NCBI GenBank assembly: GCA_010093995.1
Contig: ML992504.1
Span: 558,001 to 622,000 of the forward strand
DNA: 64,000 nt
Source of the DNA: Elsinoe ampelina
Lineage: Eukaryota
Direction: 5' to 3'
A program made the position numbers and the translations under genes. The notes beneath the pieces are model-generated. The model did not search any database. It saw only the letters and a program-made list of their open reading frames with translations, and was not told where the DNA came from. Below are positions 56,283-64,000 of the stretch, piece by piece (the first letter of the stretch is position 1; the number at the start of each line of letters is the position of its first letter).

Positions 56283-57268
56283 GAGACGAACAAGACACGA
56301 TATCATACATTGCGGTTGATTATTTTACTGTGCAGAGCCTGAACCCGCGTTTCCATCAGGCGGTGACTATCAGGCATGGCGTTTGGGAAAGCAATCCTGT
56401 TGGACTAGCTCTTTTTGTTTTTTTGTCAAAGAAGCAGGCCGAAAAACGGCCATTGATACCGAATATTGCTCATACAAGGCATTGCGGAATTTTGAGGGTG
56501 TTGGATGCGTAGATGCAGCTGGCGTCGAGACGTCTCTACGTTTCTTGCCTGGCAGCGATGATGCTGTAGGTTGTATCTAGAGAGATGAGAGACGTAATTG
56601 TTAATACCCGATCAACAGTCCCTGTCTCTGATCTGTGTTACTATTCTTGTCGAATGTCACCCTGCAACGACCGGCATTATCCCAATAAGCTATCCCTGCT
56701 CTCTGGTCGACTCCGATGCTCCCGTAACCGTTCCATCGACCTTCGAAACCACGTCATTCCAAACCTTGAACTCCTTGAAGATCAAACCTAAGCTCTACTT
56801 CTCCCTTTGTTACACAGCCTGTGAAAAATGTCTCACCCGCCGGACCATGTATCGCCGAGCGCCACTCTTCACAACACCCCACAAGGCGTGCACCGTTCGG
56901 CGTCGTCGGCAACGGACCCTTTCTGCCAAACACTCGTCTGTAACTTTCGGTCAGACAATGTCACATCGCCACACCGCACGAGGAGAAGTCTAATTGTAGC
57001 TTGATTTTCGACGTCGCTTGACGGATACCCCTCTCTTTAGCCTTTACCCTGGCGGGTGCGGGAGAGCGTCACGAGCCTAAAGAGCTTATCTTCACTCGCT
57101 CGGAGGGGGTCGTGGCTTGTGACGTTGCTTGACCGCCTGTAGATCGTCGTGCATTATTGGAGTGCTGGTTGCTGATCACCTCGTATACCATCGCTTGAGC
57201 ATCAACGTCGGGTAGAAAGGTGGGATTGTGTTCAGACAGAAAGGCAGAGGGGGAGGGAGACAAAAGGG

Positions 57269-57276
57269 TATATAAG
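57269..57276 (+). promoter_or_regulatory. Putative TATA box of the secreted-protein gene
   Basis: TATATAAG about 145 bp upstream of ATG 57417, followed by a C/A-rich leader. Confidence 0.5.
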
Positions 57277-57390
57277 GTAGGTGTGCAGCTGCATGGTGTA
57301 TTCTCTCATCATCAATCCCTTCAATCACTTTATCAACCATACCACAAATCAAACGAACCAGACCCAAATCTCCCCAAGCACAACCCACCG

Positions 57391-57414
57391 CCACCACCAC
57401 CACCACCACCACCA
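57391..57414 (+). repeat. (CCA)8 microsatellite in the 5' leader, ending 2 nt before the ATG
   Basis: Directly visible. Confidence 0.95.
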
Positions 57415-57416
57415 CA

Positions 57417-57983
57417 ATGTTCACAACAACCTCCTTCCTCACCCTCCTCACCACAGCCCTCGCCCTCCCAGCCCCTCCATCCACCCCCTCCCCCGCCCCA
57501 GCCCCCCAACCCTTCCTCGGCATCGCAATCCGCTCCGCCTCCCCCATCCAATACGCCCCCATCAACGCCACCTCCCTCGCCATCTCCCTCCTCCGCCCCA
57601 CCACCACCTACTGCCCCTCCATCCCAAACCTGCCCTGCCCCTCCAACCCATCCACCCTCTTCGTCGGCCCCAGCTCGTCCGGCACCCTCAGCCTCAAGAC
57701 CAGCGTCCCCGGGGGTCAGCAGGTGTACATCGCGGCCGACGGGAGGGCGAGGTTCACGCAGGCGCATAGCGCGGATACGAACGGGGGTGCGGTGACGGGG
57801 TTTGGTGTCGCGGGTGGGGCGTTGCAGTGGCGGGGGAATGATTGGTTGGCGTGTCCTGAGGGGGAGGAGGGGTATGCGGTGTATGCCGCGCAGGGGTGGA
57901 ATCGGACTGATGCTGGGTGTTTGGGGTTTAGGTTTCGGGTCGAGGACGCGGGGTCGGCTGAGGGGGCGTGGCAGTATGCTTAA
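57417..57983 (+). CDS. Small secreted cell-wall protein (fungal IgE-binding protein / PhiA-like family)
   Basis: Signal peptide MFTTTSFLTLLTTALA. Motifs RSASPIQYAPINA, TTTYCP, VPGGQQVYIAADG..FTQAHSA, WLACP and AWQY. Confidence 0.8.
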   Translation: MFTTTSFLTLLTTALALPAPPSTPSPAPAPQPFLGIAIRSASPIQYAPINATSLAISLLRPTTTYCPSIPNLPCPSNPSTLFVGPSSSGTLSLKTSVPGGQQVYIAADGRARFTQAHSADTNGGAVTGFGVAGGALQWRGNDWLACPEGEEGYAVYAAQGWNRTDAGCLGFRFRVEDAGSAEGAWQYA

Positions 57984-58200
57984 GCTTCCCTAATCAGGGC
58001 TCACGGAATGACGGTGGAGGAGACGGGAGGGGAGAAACATCAAACTGAGGAGGATCGGGAAGGGTCATGGTGAAGTGCTATGGAGGAATAATGTACAATA
58101 GATTTGCATAATGACACGGCTGGTTTTTTTGGATCGAATGTCCAAGTTCTGCTTTATATCGTACATGTCTACTTCGTATCGTACATCCCGGATATTGAGG

Positions 58201-59856
58201 TCATAGTCCCTTTGTCTTGGCTTTATACACCTCCCAGCATCGCTTTGTTCCGGTACCAACCGTGGCATTCTCAACCCCTTCGAGGTCGACCCACTTCTGC
58301 CTCGGTTTCGTCTTTGGAATCTCTTCGAGCTCGATAACAATGGAGTAGACGTGCATGTTCAGCTTCAAGTGGCTGAAGACGTGCGTCACACTCCCTAGCT
58401 TTCCTTTGAAAGCCAACTCGTCCCTATCCAACCCTTTGACTAGTCCAGTTGCGCCATCCAGGACTTCCTCTTCTCCTAGATCCGAGTCTGCCGGGATTGT
58501 GAAGGAGGGGAACTCCCACATGCTCGCCAACAGGCCTTTATCTGGTCGCTGCTGGAGGAGGTAGTGTAAGCCCCCAGAAGTCTTGACCCGAAAGATGCAC
58601 ACTGCTGCGTCCTCTTCCGGTACCGCCTTCTTCACTGCTCGCTTCGGAAAGAGAGAGCAGTAGGCCGTGATCTTGTCGTTCGAGTGATCTGTCGGAGACG
58701 GTACGGACGCGGCTTTCTTGGGTGCAGAAAAGGCAAAGTCGGCGAGAGAGCGCTGCTTCGGTCCTTTCTGTGTGGGTCTGGACTTTGTGGCGTTCTCTTT
58801 GTCGGGTTCGTTAGGAGCCTCGACAAGCCCTAGAGCAGCTGCGGAGACGAGATCCGAGGGTAGCGGGTCGCATACAGCGCAGGCGTCTTCGATATCAGGG
58901 GGAGGCTGCTTGACAGACGATGGCTTGAGTAACGCCTTGGCTTCGGTGTAGACGCGGCAGGTTTCTTGGATGGGACAATCTCCACATCTCGGTCGAGGCG
59001 TGCAGATTGTGCTGCCTAATTCCATGAGACCTTGATTCCACCGCCCTGGTATGTCGGAAATGTCCTGATCCTGATCATTCGTGTGTTCGGATGACTCGGA
59101 TGCACCCTTGACCAGATTTCGTGCGATGTCCCAGATCATGTTGTCGACCTCCTTCTTCTTCATATCGGCGTAGAGTCCGGTCTGCCGACTGAGCACCCGC
59201 GCCACGTTTCCATCGACGAGCGGGACAGCTCTGCCGAATGCAATGCTGGCAACAGCGCCTGCAGTGTATGGACCGATCCCAGACACCTTAAGCAGTCCAT
59301 CCACAGTGTCGGGGACCTGCCCACCAAGCTCTTCTATGATCATCTTGGCGCCCTTCCATAGTCGTGTTGCCCTACTGTAGTACCCCAACCCCTTCCATGC
59401 TGCTAGTACATCGTCCTGATTCGCGTCCGCCAAAGCTTGAATGGTTGGCCACTTCTCAATCCAATTGTTGAAGTAAGGAATGACTGTACTGACCCGCGTC
59501 TGTTGAAGCATGATTTCAGATACCCATACCTCGTATGCCCTCCGTGAAAGCAAGTCTCTCTTTGCTTCGGGATCCTTGGGCAGATCTGATGTGGTAGGAA
59601 ATGGCTTTCGCCATGGCATGTTCCGAGTTGTGGAGGTCGAGTCGTACCATTGGAGGAGGTCCTGGGCTGTCGACTCGTGGCTAAGCATGAGAGGGCTATG
59701 ATAGACCCGATCGTGGTGTCGAGCAGGAGGGACACCATCTCCCACCTCCATAGCAGACGCGTCTGTGATGGTGGCCGCAAGAGTGTTTGTGCTGGCGCTC
59801 ACCTTCTGGCGCTTGCCAGGCCTGATAGCAGCAGTGGTGCCTCTCTTGGCCATCAT
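58201..59856 (-). CDS. MYH1: A/G-specific adenine DNA glycosylase (MutY/MUTYH)
   Basis: YEVWVSEIMLQQTRV, WKGLGYYSRA, HhH motif GIGPYTAGAVASIAF, VDGNVARV, Fe-S motif CTPRPRCGDCPIQETC, NUDIX-like QRPDKGLLASMWEFP and HVFSHL. Confidence 0.95.
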   Translation of the reverse strand: MMAKRGTTAAIRPGKRQKVSASTNTLAATITDASAMEVGDGVPPARHHDRVYHSPLMLSHESTAQDLLQWYDSTSTTRNMPWRKPFPTTSDLPKDPEAKRDLLSRRAYEVWVSEIMLQQTRVSTVIPYFNNWIEKWPTIQALADANQDDVLAAWKGLGYYSRATRLWKGAKMIIEELGGQVPDTVDGLLKVSGIGPYTAGAVASIAFGRAVPLVDGNVARVLSRQTGLYADMKKKEVDNMIWDIARNLVKGASESSEHTNDQDQDISDIPGRWNQGLMELGSTICTPRPRCGDCPIQETCRVYTEAKALLKPSSVKQPPPDIEDACAVCDPLPSDLVSAAALGLVEAPNEPDKENATKSRPTQKGPKQRSLADFAFSAPKKAASVPSPTDHSNDKITAYCSLFPKRAVKKAVPEEDAAVCIFRVKTSGGLHYLLQQRPDKGLLASMWEFPSFTIPADSDLGEEEVLDGATGLVKGLDRDELAFKGKLGSVTHVFSHLKLNMHVYSIVIELEEIPKTKPRQKWVDLEGVENATVGTGTKRCWEVYKAKTKGL

Positions 59857-60532
59857 TCGTGCCGCTGGCCTGGCTGAAGTCACAGCAGCAATTCAAGGTG
59901 CACAAAACATGGTTGGATGCGGTGGTTGATGGAGGACGCGTCTGGAAACCAGGGACAAGCATTCGCGTGGGCGGGCCCCATTTCAGGAACCGGTGGAGCA
60001 CGGCACGGCCAAATGCACGGACCACGTTTGACGACTTCTCAACAAAAGCTTCTCTTGATGTTCATCCCACTCTTCTCCCCTTCTCCCATGCCACCTCTTT
60101 CCCCTTTCATGCTTGACTTCTTTCATTTGCCTAGCCCGACTTCCCGTGCCACATTTCTGCGGAAACTTTCAGCTATGCTTCGAACACCGGAGCCAACATG
60201 CTCTAAATGGCTTGTCATCAAGCCACGACATCATGATCTGGTAGTGCTCGACAGACGGTCCTCTTCCTGAAACCGAAAATGCGGATTCTGATTTGCAGCA
60301 TGCCCGCTGTCTGTGGCTAACTTGGCTCCCCTCATCACAGCTTGCAACACTATACCACCCTGGACTATTTCTATGATTGTGCGATAACACCATGCCTCTG
60401 TCCTTTCGGCATTTCCCGCTCACACGGCGCGACCGGTGCAGTTTCCAAGTCGTCTTGCTTTATATGGTCCGCTATATAATCTGTCAGGTAGTAGATACTT
60501 TCCATCCCCTTGTGAAGCCTACAATCCTCAAA

Positions 60533-61632
60533 ATGCTGTTGCCAACGAGCATCTTCTCTGGTTTGGACGGTGTGGAAATCATTGCATCCGTCTTTCTTGC
60601 GCTGATCATCCTCTCCTTTATACTACGCCTCTATGTACGCCTGAATGTGCTTCGGCAATTCGACGTCGCCGACTGGGCTATGGTCTTTACATTCATTGTG
60701 ATGACCTCGCAATGCGTCGTATCGATCGTGTCTGGCAGATTCGCTCGAAACTATTTTGCGACCGGAGATATAGCGTCCGCCCTGGTCAATCGAAAGGTAT
60801 GAGTGTGCTAGATTGGGCCCTGTATTGTATCTGACCATGAAAGATGACCAAAGCATCGAACGGCATGTACTGCCTCATCCTGGCTGGACTCAAAGTCTCA
60901 CTGGGAGCCTTCTTCCTAAAGATCTTCAGCCACAAGAAGATGCAGAAAGTCATCATCTACCTTGTCGTCGGCCTGACGGGTGCATGCGCCATCGTCTATT
61001 TCTGCTTTGCTATAGTCACCTGCGCCCAGCTCAAGACACCCCCTATCGAGCGGGGACGATGCGAATGGCAGGATGCATACAACATCGTCTTTTACATCTT
61101 CTCCGTCCTGAACATTGCCGGAGACTTCATCTTCACCACCATGGGTATTGCAGCGCTCTGGATGGCCAAATTACCAGTATACACCAAAGTACCGGCCTGC
61201 ATCCTCCTATCCATGGGCTGTATGAGCGCTATCGCCGCAATCATTCGCTTCATCCTCCTACTTCAGCCGTCCGAGCAACGCACTTTTACCGAGCAAAGCC
61301 TTGCCGTAGGGCAGTGGACGCTCGTTGAGCAGGGATCTGGCGTGGTCGCTGCGAATCTACTTATGCTTCGGCCGCTGCTCTCTGCTTTCTTGAAGAAGCT
61401 TCGAGGGGTCACATCACTGGGTAACAGGTCGAACGGCACAAAGCAGTCCGTCGCTCGTCTACCAGCTTTACATTCAGCGACAAAGCCACAAGTCGATCAT
61501 ACAGATGGGGAGGCGTACCTGCTCAAGGACATCACCAGGGAGATGACCTTCCGCATCGACGAGGAGAAACGCAGCACTCGTGAGACTTGGTCGCACTCTT
61601 CGATCCAATCCATGAGGCCGCAGAGGATGTAG
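60533..61632 (+). CDS. PTH11-like integral membrane protein (fungal rhodopsin-like domain, no CFEM); 2 exons
   Basis: LRLYVRL...DWAM, LKVSLGAFFLKIF, NIAGDFIF and EQGSGVVAANL..LRPL; about 7 hydrophobic segments. Intron 60797-60843. Confidence 0.8.
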
Positions 61633-62252
61633 CGTGATCGGCCCGGATGAAAACACGCTCGGCCTATTTGTTTGTGCCAAAGCACGCCTCGGCCTGCAAC
61701 GTTATCAGCAATATATGTTCCGGTGAAGTGGTTGGCGCTAGTCAGTCCCTGCGTCTGCCAAGCTTGCCGGAACCAACAAGATCATCAATTCACGACACCG
61801 ACTTCTTCGCCTCCGTGCTTTCAACCGTATCGATAGCTAGCTTTCACGCCGTCTAGACCGAGCCGTCATGTAAAACCCTCCTCATTACATCGGAACTTGG
61901 CAATATTGCTTCGCCGCATCTTTTCTGTCCCACATTGGCAAAACGCATCAGGCAGGTATCTACCTCGCTTGCTTCAAGCGAGGATTGTCTCTCACCACAA
62001 TATGGATTACCCTCTTCTGCATCTCTTGGTACCGATGATATTGCTAGATGAGGGCCGTGCCTCCACCGATCTCGAATTATACGCTGCACAACTTTCCGAT
62101 TGCCTGCAGGGATCGTACAAGATCTGCTATTTCGGAAATCGGCCAGCACACAAAGGTAGTAGGGCATTATTAACTACGAATTTATACCACATGGACCGCC
62201 GCATTCTCTTCGCTGTCATCCACCCCTTTGCTCTGCCTCAACTTTCAACACC

Positions 62253-63882
62253 ATGAAGACCGCAATCCTCTCTGCCTTTATTGGGGCTGCCCTGTGTACT
62301 CCGCAGGGTCCCGACTACAGCCGTATGACATCTTCTGGACGTGCGAAAGCGACCTGTGAGATTCTACGGTTCACGAACAGAGCCGCCACATCGTTTCCCA
62401 ACGAGACTGCTTATGATCTGGACAATAATGGTAATTACAGTTGCCAATTGTGGACGCAACCCTTACTCACTGCCGCCAGACTACTACTCGATGGCATCCT
62501 CATTAGGACCAGCCTGCGTATATGCACCGAGCAGTAACAGAGATCTTAGTGCTGCCGTGCTACTGCTTCGTGCTACTAGAGCGCCTTTCGCTGTTCGCAG
62601 TGGCGGTCACATGCCCGTAGAGGGGGCCAACGGTATCGGCTCGGATGGTGTACTCTTGTCAATGACAAACTTCACCCAGCTATCTCTCAGCCAAGACAAG
62701 ACATCCGTGAGAATTGGAGCCTCGACGATTTGGAATCAGGTGTACAAATTGCTTGAGCCAGAGGGACTCGTGGTAGTAGGTGGTCGTATTGGTCTACCAG
62801 GCGTTCCCGGTCTGGTACTTGGAGGCGGCATCAGCTTTCTGGGTCAGCAGTACGGATGGGCGGCTAACAACGTCCTGAGCTTCACCGTGAGTAATGCCAC
62901 CTCGATACACTTCTCCTACTGATGCATGCAGTGCGTATTGTCTGATGGTCGGATCGTGGCAGCATCAGCCCGGCAGAACCCCGACCTCTTCTGGGCTCTT
63001 AAGGGGGGCGGTAACTCTTTCGCCCTTGTCACCGAGCTCGAACTGAGAACCTACCCTTCAGCAACGGTCTCCGTCGGTCAAGTCGAGTATGGTACCGGTC
63101 CCGACGTTCGATCGAAGTGGATCAGCGCCATCGTCCACTTCGCCCACAACGGGCCCTCTGACCCTCGCGCCGCCATCATCCCCAACTCCGGCCGCAACCC
63201 CCGCCAACCAGTGGAAGACTACGCCGCCTTCCGCTTCCTCAACGGCGCCGATCCCGCCCCTAAGATCCTCGAGAACTTCACCGCCCCATTCCTTCCCAGC
63301 GTGACAAACGACACCTACCGCGCCCGCTCCCTCTACAACTGGACCCTCGAGATCGACCCTCAACTCGACGCAGGCCTCGCCGGTTTCCGAAACCGCTATA
63401 CCGGCCTTAGCATCCCAGCCGACGAGCGTGCATTAGACATCACACTCCAGACCTTTTTCCAGGTGCTGGATGAAAGCCCCATTCCCAGCTTCCCGTACTA
63501 CATCGCCAGCATCATCCCCATGCCCATGACGAAAGCTTACTTCCAAGCCGCGGTCGACCGGGGTGGGGATCCAATGGGCTTGACGCCCGACGATGCTCCG
63601 TTTCTCTGGGTGGAGATGAGCGAGACGTACACTCTCCCCGAGCAAGATGCGATTGTGACCAAATTTGTGAAGGATGTGGATGCGAGGATCAGGGGGGCGT
63701 TGAAGGAGGCTGGGTTCAAGGAGAACAAGTATGTGTATCTGAACTCGGCGGATAAGTGGCAGGATGTGTTCGGGGGCTATAAGAGGGAGAATGTGGATAG
63801 ATTGAGGAGGATAAGGAGGAGGTATGATCCGGAGGGGCTGTTTACTACGCAGATGAGGGGTGGGTTCAAGGTTGGGCTCTGA
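62253..63882 (+). CDS. Secreted FAD-linked oxidoreductase (FAD_binding_4 / BBE-like); 3 exons
   Basis: Signal peptide MKTAILSAFIGAALC; PACVYAP, FAVRSGGH (covalent-FAD His), GVPGLVLGGG, DLFWALKGGGNSF and YLN...YDPEG. Introns 62431-62479 and 62887-62931. Confidence 0.9.
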
Positions 63883-64000
63883 CATACTCACATACAGCTT
63901 CGTGAACCAACTATAGATCGTAGGGGTACTATCTCTGTTGCATCTCGACATGTAGTACAAAGCGGTGTGGCTCAATCCACCCCGTAGAGGCGCTAGTGTG

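Noticed and set aside
1..64000. CRISPR arrays, transposons, RIP-degraded repeats, tRNA/rRNA genes
   Set aside because: By eye I saw no spaced direct repeats, transposase or RT motifs, AT-rich RIP tracts, cloverleaf structures or rRNA-like sequence. tRNAscan and Rfam were not run.

Overview
Gene-dense eukaryotic DNA from a filamentous ascomycete (Pezizomycotina, probably a dothideomycete; inferred from short GT-AG introns with CTRAC-type branch points and from gene content). About 26 protein-coding genes, mostly housekeeping: a partial Rad26/ERCC6L2-like SNF2 helicase, FRS2, an Osh6/7-type oxysterol-binding protein, UTP7, NBP2, SSU72, a proline-specific peptidase, RPL23, an AsnB-like amidotransferase, a Bax-inhibitor/GHITM-like protein, RIB7, SRK1/RCK2 kinase, MTC1, a Tna1/Dal5-type MFS transporter, TED1, PNC1, a DUF3405 protein, a secreted cell-wall protein, MutY, a PTH11-like membrane protein, a secreted FAD oxidoreductase and several large proteins of unknown function. 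There are two N gaps. I found no tRNA, rRNA, CRISPR array or recognisable transposon. The strongest unexplained signal is a recurring abrupt switch from C-rich to G-rich sequence, including at synonymous codon positions, in the last ~0.3-1.3 kb of about half the genes on either strand. Other highlights are a probable 51-nt cassette exon in the SRK1 kinase, a 1-nt frameshift in the MFS gene, a 2OG-Fe(II) oxygenase-like protein lacking its HxD aspartate, and a possible non-AUG extension or uORF on the DUF3405 gene. All gene calls come from motif recognition and manual splicing, not database searches.
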